IMG/VR virus record: IMGVR_UViG_3300050190_000017
Reading direction: 5' to 3' (one strand)
Source of the DNA: a virus
Lineage: Duplodnaviria > Heunggongvirae > Uroviricota > Caudoviricetes
Length of the DNA stretch: 64,000 nucleotides
The position numbers and the translations under genes are program-made. The notes below the pieces were generated by a model. The model worked only from the letters and a program-made list of their open reading frames with translations. It was not told where the DNA came from and ran no database searches. Shown here piece after piece: positions 52,249-61,388 of the stretch (positions are counted from its first letter, which is position 1; each line of letters begins with the position of its first letter).

Positions 52249-52695
52249 ATGCAAATGTTCCCCCACTTCCAAAACGACGAAGTTGCTCACGTTACTCTGC
52301 GTCTCACCAAAGACGAAGAATTAAGCTTGCGCGCCTTCATGCACGTCGAAGAGCTGAATGGCCGAGTGGCATTCCCGCATGGTGTTCGTATGTTCTACCG
52401 CTCGATGGGCTGGTATCGTCTCAATGCCTCTAACACGTTCCGTGCTTCAGAGAAGTTGAAGCTTGCGACGTCGATTATTCGCAAGTGGTATCGTGAGTAC
52501 GACGCTCAGCGTGTTCAGGAGTTGCGGCTGCTGATGTTACGGGCAAACCCGGAAGTGAAAGTCACGGCGTACATCGACAATCAATACCTTATTCGTACTT
52601 CACAGTCGAGCACTCTCCAGACGATTGATGAAGCATACAAAGTTCCTGCAGCTGCTGATAAGCTCGCAGCCCTCGCTCAGCGTTTCGCACGCTAA
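52249..52695 (+). CDS. Hypothetical early protein
   Basis: 148 aa. Confidence 0.8.
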   Translation: MQMFPHFQNDEVAHVTLRLTKDEELSLRAFMHVEELNGRVAFPHGVRMFYRSMGWYRLNASNTFRASEKLKLATSIIRKWYREYDAQRVQELRLLMLRANPEVKVTAYIDNQYLIRTSQSSTLQTIDEAYKVPAAADKLAALAQRFAR

Positions 52696-52704
52696 ACTAA
52701 AGGG

Positions 52705-53151
52705 ATGACTATGATTACTGAACTGACTGCTAACACTACAAAACAAGAGCTGTTCGACTACATCACGACCTTCTTGTTTAAGCAAGGCGAGCCATCAGTA
52801 GATGGCGATGGTAATTGTGCGTACCGTGGCAACGGAGGCCTTATGTGCGCTTTTGGTTGTGTTATTCCTGACTCTATCTACCACTGGAGAATGGAGAACG
52901 TTCTATCCCAGGACGTGATACGCGACGGCCGCGCTTACCACGCCAGGCATGTTGATTACTTCAATGCACTAAAGACCCATGAGAATGTAATACAGAGCTT
53001 GCAAGATGCACACGACGGTGCTCCCCACAAGGGGAATTTAGAGCAAGGTCCAAAGAACCAAGACTATCGAAACCGAGTCCGGGCTTACTGGATTAAAGAG
53101 TTTGCGAGGGTTGCACGTAAGTATAAGCTGAAGTTCACGACACCACTGTAA
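52705..53151 (+). CDS. Hypothetical protein (Cys-containing)
   Basis: QGEPS...CAYRG..GLMCAFG. Confidence 0.8.
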   Translation: MTMITELTANTTKQELFDYITTFLFKQGEPSVDGDGNCAYRGNGGLMCAFGCVIPDSIYHWRMENVLSQDVIRDGRAYHARHVDYFNALKTHENVIQSLQDAHDGAPHKGNLEQGPKNQDYRNRVRAYWIKEFARVARKYKLKFTTPL

Positions 53152-53162
53152 AGGAATAAATC

Positions 53163-53390
53163 ATGCGCCCGGAGAAGAAGCTTCCTAAGGTTCGCCTAAA
53201 CCTCGATATGCCTGTTGAGGTCAAAGAGAAGATCGAGGCTTTGCGTGACGCCCACGGCATCGAGAGCCTGTCGGAAGTCGTACGTCGTGCCTTAGCTGTC
53301 TATCAACTAATCATGTCTAAGCAGGCCGAAGGGACCGCAATCGTTTTCAAGCCTAAAGAAGGTCCAGAACAACACATCCACTTTTTCTAA
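53163..53390 (+). CDS. Ribbon-helix-helix (CopG-like) protein
   Basis: RLNLDMP...IEALRD..GIESLSEVVRRALAVY. Confidence 0.75.
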   Translation: MRPEKKLPKVRLNLDMPVEVKEKIEALRDAHGIESLSEVVRRALAVYQLIMSKQAEGTAIVFKPKEGPEQHIHFF

Positions 53391-53440
53391 AAGCCCTCGC
53401 TCAGCGTTTCGCACGTTAAATTAAACTAAAGGAAAACCAA

Positions 53441-53797
53441 ATGAAAGTCATTGCCTGTACTCTTGACAACAAAACGTATCAGTACCTCGCCATTGATTCA
53501 CAGAGTGGTGGTTATCCTTACTGGTCAAATCATCTCCGGAGCGCCGAGCAGTATTCAGACAGCGAAGAAGATCATCGGCGTATGCGGACTGAGCTGAACA
53601 GCATTATTAACGGTCCTGATCGTGTGTTCTCTGATGGTGGGCTGTCCCCTAACGTGATGAAGCACTCAGCACTTGGCCTGTGTAACAAGAAGACTCAGGG
53701 CGATGGTTGGGTAGTAGTGCTTGAACTCCGACTTGAGCGTGTGGAGACCGCCTATATCGAAGGCGCAATCAAGAAACCGAAGGGCTACACTTATTAG
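53441..53797 (+). CDS. Hypothetical protein
   Basis: 118 aa. Confidence 0.75.
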   Translation: MKVIACTLDNKTYQYLAIDSQSGGYPYWSNHLRSAEQYSDSEEDHRRMRTELNSIINGPDRVFSDGGLSPNVMKHSALGLCNKKTQGDGWVVVLELRLERVETAYIEGAIKKPKGYTY

Positions 53798-53854
53798 CAC
53801 TGTAAATACAAGTTTCACAATTTAAATTTTCAATGATATAAGGAACACACGAAA

Positions 53855-54181
53855 ATGTTCAACACAAACAAATCACATCTCCCCGCAGTCGCTATTGAAT
53901 ACCGCGCCCCTCATTTCATCGTGTTGATCCGTAGCCCTGGACAATCCAAGTGGATACCCGTGCGCTCTGCAACTCGCAAGGTTACGGTGCAGAATGAATT
54001 TGGAACCGCGATTAAAACGTATGCGGCGATCGAGCCCTTCCCTACGCAAGCAGCAGCCGAACAATGGGTAGAACTCAACGTCCCGAATAATGTTCGGAAA
54101 GCACGTCCGCAGGAAGGTGGTTTGCGCTCCCTGTTTTCTTTCTCTACCCCAGATCAATTCTTGCAAGGACAATCAGCATGA
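53855..54181 (+). CDS. Hypothetical protein
   Basis: 108 aa, after TGTAAATA at 53801..53808. Confidence 0.75.
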   Translation: MFNTNKSHLPAVAIEYRAPHFIVLIRSPGQSKWIPVRSATRKVTVQNEFGTAIKTYAAIEPFPTQAAAEQWVELNVPNNVRKARPQEGGLRSLFSFSTPDQFLQGQSA

Positions 54182-54468
54182 ACAAGTATATGATCCCGCC
54201 AGTCGGCACGCTGGTTGCAGTTCAAGAGGGTGACACCGTGGTTTCCGCAGACGAACATACACACATCTGCCGCATTGTGTATTCTGAGAAGGAACAGCAG
54301 TGGGTGAGTAACCCCGCAGATGTACGTCGCGGCTTCATTGTGTTTCTGAATGACGAGCCGACGATGTATACCACTCATATAAGGATTTCCGCAATTCAAC
54401 CAACTGGTAAAGGCGCGTGGGCTGATCCGGTTGCAATGACGCATGAGGCGCAGGGTTACTATGACTAA
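54178..54468 (+). CDS. Hypothetical protein
   Basis: 96 aa, coupled. Confidence 0.75.
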   Translation: MNKYMIPPVGTLVAVQEGDTVVSADEHTHICRIVYSEKEQQWVSNPADVRRGFIVFLNDEPTMYTTHIRISAIQPTGKGAWADPVAMTHEAQGYYD

Positions 54469-54742
54469 GTTCGACTTGATGCGAATCAATCGCTATCGTG
54501 GTAAGTTCGGCGCAATGACGAGCAGTGAAGCACTGCTTATTGCCCTCGATGCATCACAGTTCAAACAAGGTATGAGGCCGTTTGATCCCGCTTTTAGAAA
54601 GTTTGCACAGGACGAGATAGACTTCACGGAGTACGCGGAACTCTTGGAGAAGGAGGAGAACGAGAGGCCGTGTGTCCATCCTCCTGGCTGTACCCGCTGT
54701 AACTGGTGTGGATTTAAGAAGGGGGAGAACGAGCGTGAGTAA
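54461..54742 (+). CDS. Hypothetical protein with C-terminal Cys cluster
   Basis: CVHPPGCTRCNWC. Confidence 0.7.
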   Translation: MTKFDLMRINRYRGKFGAMTSSEALLIALDASQFKQGMRPFDPAFRKFAQDEIDFTEYAELLEKEENERPCVHPPGCTRCNWCGFKKGENERE

Positions 54743-55406
54743 GTGTACCGCGTTAGTATGTTCCGATAAGGCGGTGATTGACTTAGGTAACGTTCATCGA
54801 TACACCGTCCTGTGGTCTCAAGTTGAAAAGGAACGTCAAAAGTTCAAGAAGCTATATCAGCAGGTTCTGACAGTTTGCAATTTGTATTATGCAGAGCACG
54901 AAGGACTAACCAAGCTGGTTAAGCATCTGCGGTATGAAATCCGAATCAACACTAAGGGAACCCCCGCAACGATTGCCCAGGATTCGATAACGGCAGCAGG
55001 CTTCATACCGAATGGCACGGAGCAGCTTTATAATGCCCAAGCCCACCTGTTGAAAACCGCGTATCGAATGCTTGCCCCCCTGGTTCACCCTGACAGAGGG
55101 GGGTCAAACGAGTTATTTCAGCAAGTTTTAACGGCATATCGGTTAAAAGACTATACATTTTTGCAAGAACTGTATATAATCCTTACACGGGACAGTCTGT
55201 TCTGGAGGAGTTCCCAGGAATCTGTTGATTATTGTGAACAGGAAAAGGAGCGCCCCAGGCTTTCCCTGAATCTTTTGCAAAACACGGCCGAGTTTCAAAT
55301 CGTGAGGCAGCATGTGTTAGGTAAACCGAAGAAGGCAGCAGAGTACGCCGAGCAGCGCCTCAGGGCGTCGATTGTTGAATTGCAGCGAGAGCTTGCAGAC
55401 CTTTGA
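54735..55406 (+). CDS. Protein with internal J-domain (HPD)
   Basis: YRMLAPLVHPDRGGSNELFQQVLTAY; GTG start. Confidence 0.75.
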   Translation: MSKCTALVCSDKAVIDLGNVHRYTVLWSQVEKERQKFKKLYQQVLTVCNLYYAEHEGLTKLVKHLRYEIRINTKGTPATIAQDSITAAGFIPNGTEQLYNAQAHLLKTAYRMLAPLVHPDRGGSNELFQQVLTAYRLKDYTFLQELYIILTRDSLFWRSSQESVDYCEQEKERPRLSLNLLQNTAEFQIVRQHVLGKPKKAAEYAEQRLRASIVELQRELADL

Positions 55407-55429
55407 TAACCAGCTAAAGGAAATAGCAG

Positions 55430-55723
55430 ATGATTACCGCACAAGAAGCAACTGATCTGCACCATCGCTCTAATGAAGATGAATCTCAGGAAGAACGTAT
55501 AGCCCGGATTCTGTCTAGGCTGGATACACAGATCCGAGCCCACGCGTCTACTGGACGCGAGCTTGAGTACATCGAGTTTCTTAATGACGCAGAGTTCACT
55601 GCGGTCGTTCAGGGATTGAGGAGTGCCGGATTCAAGTACGAAGAATTCAAGTACGAAGACGAATTTGTTTCAGTCCCTGGCAAAGATGGACGCCGCGAGG
55701 TAGAATTTTTAATCTGCTGGTAG
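55430..55723 (+). CDS. Hypothetical protein
   Basis: 97 aa; 15-bp duplication at 55631..55660. Confidence 0.7.
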   Translation: MITAQEATDLHHRSNEDESQEERIARILSRLDTQIRAHASTGRELEYIEFLNDAEFTAVVQGLRSAGFKYEEFKYEDEFVSVPGKDGRREVEFLICW

Positions 55724-55851
55724 CCCTGTAAATACGAATTCAATATAAGTGGCAGCAAGGGGAATTTAGATTCATCGAGTAGGTAGCTTCACTGATATGC
55801 AGCAAAGAGCCACACACCCAATTTCAAGACTCACCAAACCCGGAGCATCAA

Positions 55852-56658
55852 ATGGCAATCGCAACTAAGAAAGTAGCAGCAAAGGCACCCGTTAAAACCA
55901 AGGCAAAGGTTATCCCGATCAAGAAGGTTGGCACGATGGTGAAGTCCACGAAGGCACCTGCGAAGGCAACCAAGGATATGACGCCGCTGGAGAAGGCGCG
56001 TATCGCTCGCGCAAACGGTACGGCTAAGCCGAAGGCCAAAGCAAAGAAGAATGCACTGCCGACGTTTGAAGCACCTGCAGACTTCAAGCCGCACTTCTTG
56101 GAAGTATCGCTGCGTACTGAGAAGGACGGCCTCCTGGGTTCGCAAATCAAGGCCACTCGTTATGTAGGTCGATATGATCCGAACGCTGACGACAAGAAGA
56201 AGTTTGATCTGATGGGTTACGACCCCGTGACGATGATCGGTATCATGTCGCGTTTCTCGGCAGTCACGTTCAAGGCAACGAATGACAAGAAGTACCCGGC
56301 TGACTTGAAAGAGCGTATGACAACGGAGAAGTTCACGGCAACTGACGGCGAAAAGAAAACGCGTCTGGTGCATCGTGCAGCAATGCGCCTCCCGGCTAAC
56401 ACGAGCTTCAAGCTTCTTTTGCGTATCAATCGTAAAGCAGCGGATGGTTCGATCTCGGTTATTGTGAAGTCGATTGCCCAGGGCGTGAAGTCGGCGAAGA
56501 CTGGTCGCATGTCCGCAGTTGACCTGGAGAAGAATGATCCGGTGTATCGTGCATTCCGTAAAGCCTCGCGTATCCTCCCGGCAGCATTCAAGACTGTCCT
56601 CATGCCCCCGAAAAAGGTGCGAGGCAAGAAGGTTGAAGCTGACGCAGACGAAGAATAA
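55852..56658 (+). CDS. Lys/Ala-rich (histone H1-like N-terminus) basic protein
   Basis: KKVAAKAPVKTKAK repeats; upstream TGTAAATA at 55727..55734. Confidence 0.85.
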   Translation: MAIATKKVAAKAPVKTKAKVIPIKKVGTMVKSTKAPAKATKDMTPLEKARIARANGTAKPKAKAKKNALPTFEAPADFKPHFLEVSLRTEKDGLLGSQIKATRYVGRYDPNADDKKKFDLMGYDPVTMIGIMSRFSAVTFKATNDKKYPADLKERMTTEKFTATDGEKKTRLVHRAAMRLPANTSFKLLLRINRKAADGSISVIVKSIAQGVKSAKTGRMSAVDLEKNDPVYRAFRKASRILPAAFKTVLMPPKKVRGKKVEADADEE

Positions 56659-56797
56659 ATTCAGACTGTAAATATGCAATACGTAGTTCAGCATTTTCAC
56701 TTTTAAAGTTCTCTTGTAAATACGTTGTATAAGTAAACGAGTTTCCGGTGCTCGCGCAACACTGGAATTTTTCCAACATCCTAGGAAGTTATCAAAC

Positions 56798-57658
56798 ATG
56801 GCGATTCAAAAGAAAGTAGCAGGTAAGGTTGCGGCTAAGACTGTTGCAGCAAAGAAGGTTCCGGTAAACGCAGCAAAGGCAAAAGCAATGGCACTCGCAG
56901 AAAAGAAAGCAGCACGTATCGCAGCGAAAGAAGCAGCAGCGAAGAAGGAAGCACTGGCCGCAAAGAAAGCAGCGCGCCTAGCAGCGAAGGAAGAGGCGGA
57001 AGCCGCGGCAGCAGCCGAAGCAGCAAGTCCGATTGGCGCACAGGTGTTCATCAAGATGACCGTGCAGACCGAAGCTGGTGGTAACAAGCCGACGGCAGCA
57101 GCATACTTTGGCGCAGACGGTTCGATTATCCCGATGGCTACGGTGAAGGCTGTTGTGGGCACAACGATTGTGCATGAGGCATTGGTTGCAATCGGTATCA
57201 TCCAGGAAGTCAAGGAAGTGCGCGGCAAGACTGTGTACGTGACGGACCAGGGTGCGGTTGGCGTGTTGGACCCGGCAGCAGTGTTCATCAGTAGTATCAA
57301 CCCGTTCGGTGGTGCAGTCGAAGCCGAAGCCGAAGAAGAGGCTGACGACGAATCCGAAGAAGACGAAGCTGACGAGGAAGACGAAGCTGACGACGAGTCG
57401 GAAGATGATGAAGCCGAGGAAGAAGAGGAAGAAGAGGACGACGAAGAAGAGGAAGAGGAAGAGGAAGAGCCGGCACCGAAGAAGCGCGGTAAGGCTAAGA
57501 AGGTAGTCGAGGAAGAAGAAGAGGAAGAAGAAGACGACGAGTCGGAAGAAGACGACGAAGATGACGAGTCGGAAGAAGACGACGAAGATGACGAGTCGGA
57601 AGAGGAAGATGATGAAGACGACGAAGCAGAAGACGACGATGAAGATGCACTGTTCTAA
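56798..57658 (+). CDS. Bipolar protein: Lys/Ala-rich N-terminus, very long Asp/Glu C-terminus
   Basis: AAKKAA repeats; acidic tail about 110 aa; two upstream TGTAAATA motifs (56667, 56715). Confidence 0.85.
   Translation: MAIQKKVAGKVAAKTVAAKKVPVNAAKAKAMALAEKKAARIAAKEAAAKKEALAAKKAARLAAKEEAEAAAAAEAASPIGAQVFIKMTVQTEAGGNKPTAAAYFGADGSIIPMATVKAVVGTTIVHEALVAIGIIQEVKEVRGKTVYVTDQGAVGVLDPAAVFISSINPFGGAVEAEAEEEADDESEEDEADEEDEADDESEDDEAEEEEEEEDDEEEEEEEEEPAPKKRGKAKKVVEEEEEEEEDDESEEDDEDDESEEDDEDDESEEEDDEDDEAEDDDEDALF
57536..57603 (+). repeat. 27-bp tandem repeat (2.5 copies) in the acidic tail
   Basis: GACGAGTCGGAAGAAGACGACGAAGAT twice plus a partial copy. Confidence 0.85.
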
Positions 57659-57673
57659 TATGTAGTGACTACG

Positions 57674-57710
57674 GGCCTGGGGAGAAATCCCTGGGCCTAT
57701 TTGCGTTTTT
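57674..57710 (+). terminator. Intrinsic terminator
   Basis: 10-bp stem with GAAA loop followed by a T-rich tract. Confidence 0.75.
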
Positions 57711-57728
57711 CTCACATGGAAGAGCGAA

Positions 57729-58061
57729 GTGGACAAAAACAAAATTAGAAGCACAGAGAAAGAATTCGTAGCACTGTACTCGAATCAGTGCAAAGAATGT
57801 AAGTATCTAGATGCACAAGCAACAAAGAAGTTCACCAACTGTCATTACACCAAGGGCAACCAGCATTGCCCTGCTGCAGAGATTCAAATAGTCGTAGTCG
57901 GTAAGGCATACCGATACGCCCAGCACGTACTGCAAGCCCGCAACTCAAGAGACGCAGAGGCGGAGGCACGCATCCTGGCTACTGTTGCAAAGCAGAGTCC
58001 CGCATTCCAAGAGCGATTCTACGCAGCGTTAGAAAATCCCTCGGAGATCATAGAGCAATGA
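57729..58061 (+). CDS. Cys-rich hypothetical protein
   Basis: CKEC...CHY...HCP; GTG start. Confidence 0.7.
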   Translation: MDKNKIRSTEKEFVALYSNQCKECKYLDAQATKKFTNCHYTKGNQHCPAAEIQIVVVGKAYRYAQHVLQARNSRDAEAEARILATVAKQSPAFQERFYAALENPSEIIEQ

Positions 58062-58834
58062 AAGCTCCTGTCAAAGAAATTCAGCTAACCAAAATCAAAC
58101 AATGGTACATACCGGCTAACACTGAGTCCTATCTAGCCCTAAGAAAAGCGGGCGTCCCCTTACTAAGAATTCATCAAGACTTCATCCCCACCCTTGGTCT
58201 CATGGTCAAGAACAAGATCAGGGCCAAGGAAGTAAACTTCAAGACAACTATACTTGAACCCTTCCTCGATAAGGTTGGTGCATCGTGGTTACGCAAAGAC
58301 AATAGGCGCTGTGACATTCAAGCGACGTCCATGCGGTTCGACGCGGTGAAGCCTGAGTCATTCGCTGAGGCTACGGAAACGATACCCAAGCTGCAAGCAG
58401 TGTTGGAGAAGTTCTTCACCCGCTGGGGCTATGGATTTACGTTCGAGCTGTCGCAAGTGAAAACCCGTATGCGGCTCAATGTAAACTATTGGTTGGACTC
58501 AGAGAAGTTGCCAGTCATAGAATTAGAGCAAGATCCTGAGGAATTGACCCCGATTCGTTTGAAGCTCGGGTTCACCCGATTGACATTCACCTTCGACAAT
58601 TATAAATCGAAGACGGTCAGTGTGGCACCTCCGCCTATGTCTCAAGAGCGTGGCAAGGAACATCGCATTGGGTATGTGCATCTCTTGATTGAGGTATCCC
58701 AGGGCGGTGTCTACAAGCCGTTACATAGCACCCGGTGTACATACACAGAGCTCTCAACGGTCAAGCCATTGATTGCAGCACTCATGTCCATCCCAAACTT
58801 CGATCAACATAATTTTGATAACCCGGCAGAATAA
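58058..58834 (+). CDS. Hypothetical protein
   Basis: 258 aa, coupled. Confidence 0.8.
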   Translation: MKAPVKEIQLTKIKQWYIPANTESYLALRKAGVPLLRIHQDFIPTLGLMVKNKIRAKEVNFKTTILEPFLDKVGASWLRKDNRRCDIQATSMRFDAVKPESFAEATETIPKLQAVLEKFFTRWGYGFTFELSQVKTRMRLNVNYWLDSEKLPVIELEQDPEELTPIRLKLGFTRLTFTFDNYKSKTVSVAPPPMSQERGKEHRIGYVHLLIEVSQGGVYKPLHSTRCTYTELSTVKPLIAALMSIPNFDQHNFDNPAE

Positions 58835-58836
58835 GA

Positions 58837-61380
58837 ATGGCAACCAAGAAGGTAGCAGAGTACGATAGCAGTCACATCGAGACATTACGATTCCCGGAAT
58901 CAATCCGCCGAAACCCCTCTATGTATCTTGGCAGTGTGGATGCCTCCGGGGTATGGCTTTGCGCCCGAGAGCTCCTCGACAATGGACTGGACGAGCACTT
59001 GGCTGGGCGTAACGACTCGGTGCATCTCCATGTTGACTCAGACGGTTCGTACTGGGTGACGGACAATGGACACGGCATTCCGCAGGGCATTAAGAAGTGG
59101 GAAGCAACTACGGGAAGCGGTGAAAAGATTTTCACCATGTCCACTATGCAAGCAGTGTTCGGGGAATTGCATACGTCAGGCAAATATCGTGATGACGCTT
59201 ACAAGATTTCAGTGGGCACGCACGGCGTAGGCGCGAAGGGCACGAATGCCACGGCTGACTTCTTCGACGCGTGTACCTTCTTCAAAGGCAAATGGCACAC
59301 GATTGGTTTCAAGAAAGGTAAACTTACGTCCCCTGTTGCTGCGGCTAAGACAGCACCTAAGCTGTGGAATGGTAAGCGCCCTACATCTGGTACGGTGATC
59401 CATTTCAAGCCTGACTCCACCATCTTCTCAGCCAAGTCATTTCCTGCATCAATGGCGGTAGAGTGGGCTGAGATTATGTCATACCTCAACCCTGGGTTCT
59501 CCATCACTATAAGTAGCGCAAAGGGTGCAAAACAATTTCTGTCGAAGAAGGGTCCGACGGAGTACGTAGCCCAGCGTATGCTGAAGCTAAAGACTGAGGG
59601 CGAGCGTCAGATGTTTGAGAACAGCTCAAGCCTTGCTGATGTGGTTGTCGCATTCTCAAACTATGATGGCTGTGATGTGCGAGGCTTCACTAATGGTTTG
59701 AACAACGGGCAGGGCGGTAAGCACGTTGATTCAGTAACGGGTGCTCTGTATGCAGGCTTGAAGCCATTCATCAAAACGAAGAAGGTGGACGGCAAGCAGG
59801 TTCCGGTATTCCGTGAGGCCGACTTGAAGGAAGGTTTGGTGGGCCTCGTGAATGCAAAGTTGCACAAGGCACAGTTCAGTTCCCAGGATAAGGCAAAGCT
59901 GACTGACGATCGAGTGGGTAAGGACTTTGAAACGGCCCTCACGCTTGCGACAACGAAGTTCTTCAAAGAGAACAAGGCATTGGCTCAGCGCATTGCAGAC
60001 CGCGCTACGCAGATGAATGAGTTGAAGACCAAGTTCACAATGTCGAAGAAGGCAGCAGGCAAGCTCAACGCGGTAAAGCGCAATGGGCTACCCGCAAAGT
60101 ATGCCGCATTCGACAGTCGGACTAAACCGCAGGACCGGGAGCTGTTCTTAGTAGAGGGAGACAGTGCCGGGGGCACGACCAAGGAGGCTCGTTTTCCATA
60201 TCAAGGGGTGCTTCCACTTCGCGGGAAAATTCTCAACAGCTTAAAGGATAATAAGGGCAAGGCATTAGAGTCAGAGGAAGTGATTAACATTCTGGCAGCA
60301 ATTGGCTACGACGTGAAAGCAAGTGATCCCTACTCGAAGCTGACTATCGGTAAGATCATCTGCTTGGCCGACCCGGACCCAGACGGCCCGTTTGTGCGTG
60401 ACACCAAAATTCGAGTTCGTATAAATGGTTCAGAGTATGAGCGGGAGATTTACGAACTTACTGCCGTAGACCGCGGTGGCCCGTACTCTGTAGCAGCTCC
60501 CATCTTCGAAGTTCCGGTGTGGACTGGCGCTAAAGAGACATGGGCACCTGCAACAGCAGAGCTAGTTAAGAATGTGGACACGCTCGTTGCCTTGGAGATC
60601 GGAGGTACCAAGTACAAAGTGGATATGTCGCATAAGTGGATGTGTTTGGTCACCAATGCAATGTATGGTCGTCGTACTCAGCCGACAAACTTCGATAATC
60701 TGGTGTATGTTGCATCAGAGGACTTGAAGATTGGCGATCGGGTATTCCTTCCCTCGTCCAACAAGTCACGCAATCCCTCGAGCTGTGACAAGCTGACCGG
60801 CCTTGGGTTTGCCCCTGTGTCGAAGATGCGGATTCAGAAGTTGAAGGAGCCTGTACCTGTTTACTGTTTGACGGTCCCGCGTTATCATAACTTCATTCTA
60901 CCTTCTGGTATCGTCTCCAGTAACTGTCACATCAATAGTCTGCTGCTAACCCTATTCTACCGTTACCTACCCGAACTATTCAAGAAGGGTATGGTGTACG
61001 TGTCAAATGCCCCTGAGTTCTATGCAGTTCACAAAGGGCAGTTGATTACAGGAGACACTGTATCCGAGACGCAGAAGAAACTGCTGAAGTTCAAAGCCCC
61101 CTCCACGGTCCTTGTAAATCATATTAAAGGGTGGGGTGAGCTAGACGCAAATCTCATGCGGATCCTCGCAATGAATCCAGAGACTCGTAAGGTGATACGT
61201 ATCAAAGCTATCGAATCCGATGATAAGGTGGATTTTGTAAAGTTGATGGACGATAATGTTCAGTACCGAAGAGACATGCTAGGCTTACCTTCCAGTTCTA
61301 CGGGCAATGACGCCGAGGAAGCTCCCGTAAAGAAAGTGGTAGCCGTTAAGAAGGCCCTCATTAAACGTAAAGCAGCGTAA
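58837..61380 (+). CDS. gyrB: Type IIA DNA topoisomerase subunit B (GyrB/ParE-like), intein-containing
   Basis: ESIRRNPSMYLG, ELLDNGLDE, DNGHGIP, GTHGVGAK, EGDSA, PLRGKILN, DPDPDG/CHI, IKGWGE. Confidence 0.93.
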   Translation: MATKKVAEYDSSHIETLRFPESIRRNPSMYLGSVDASGVWLCARELLDNGLDEHLAGRNDSVHLHVDSDGSYWVTDNGHGIPQGIKKWEATTGSGEKIFTMSTMQAVFGELHTSGKYRDDAYKISVGTHGVGAKGTNATADFFDACTFFKGKWHTIGFKKGKLTSPVAAAKTAPKLWNGKRPTSGTVIHFKPDSTIFSAKSFPASMAVEWAEIMSYLNPGFSITISSAKGAKQFLSKKGPTEYVAQRMLKLKTEGERQMFENSSSLADVVVAFSNYDGCDVRGFTNGLNNGQGGKHVDSVTGALYAGLKPFIKTKKVDGKQVPVFREADLKEGLVGLVNAKLHKAQFSSQDKAKLTDDRVGKDFETALTLATTKFFKENKALAQRIADRATQMNELKTKFTMSKKAAGKLNAVKRNGLPAKYAAFDSRTKPQDRELFLVEGDSAGGTTKEARFPYQGVLPLRGKILNSLKDNKGKALESEEVINILAAIGYDVKASDPYSKLTIGKIICLADPDPDGPFVRDTKIRVRINGSEYEREIYELTAVDRGGPYSVAAPIFEVPVWTGAKETWAPATAELVKNVDTLVALEIGGTKYKVDMSHKWMCLVTNAMYGRRTQPTNFDNLVYVASEDLKIGDRVFLPSSNKSRNPSSCDKLTGLGFAPVSKMRIQKLKEPVPVYCLTVPRYHNFILPSGIVSSNCHINSLLLTLFYRYLPELFKKGMVYVSNAPEFYAVHKGQLITGDTVSETQKKLLKFKAPSTVLVNHIKGWGELDANLMRILAMNPETRKVIRIKAIESDDKVDFVKLMDDNVQYRRDMLGLPSSSTGNDAEEAPVKKVVAVKKALIKRKAA
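60388..60924 (+). mobile_element. Class 3 mini-intein (179 aa, Pro1)
   Basis: PFVRDTKI...DMSHKW...VYCLTV..HNF...GIVSSN followed by Cys; removal restores DPDPDGCHI; no LAGLIDADG motifs seen. Confidence 0.85.
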
Positions 61381-61388
61381 GGACTAAA

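Larger units (their letters stand above)
52668..53432 (+). repeat. 24-bp direct repeats flanking a two-gene cassette
   Basis: AGCCCTCGCTCAGCGTTTCGCACG at 52668..52691 and 53392..53415, each followed by TAAACTAAAGG. Confidence 0.85.

Noticed and set aside
55749-55813. Riboswitch-like leader before the histone-like gene
   Set aside because: Only a 5-bp GTGGC/GCCAC closing stem and no recognisable aptamer motif.
55831-57754. Long antisense ORFs 55831..56799, 56806..57300 and 56978..57754
   Set aside because: Shadows of the low-complexity K/A- and D/E-rich sense genes, whose codons rarely create reverse-strand stops.
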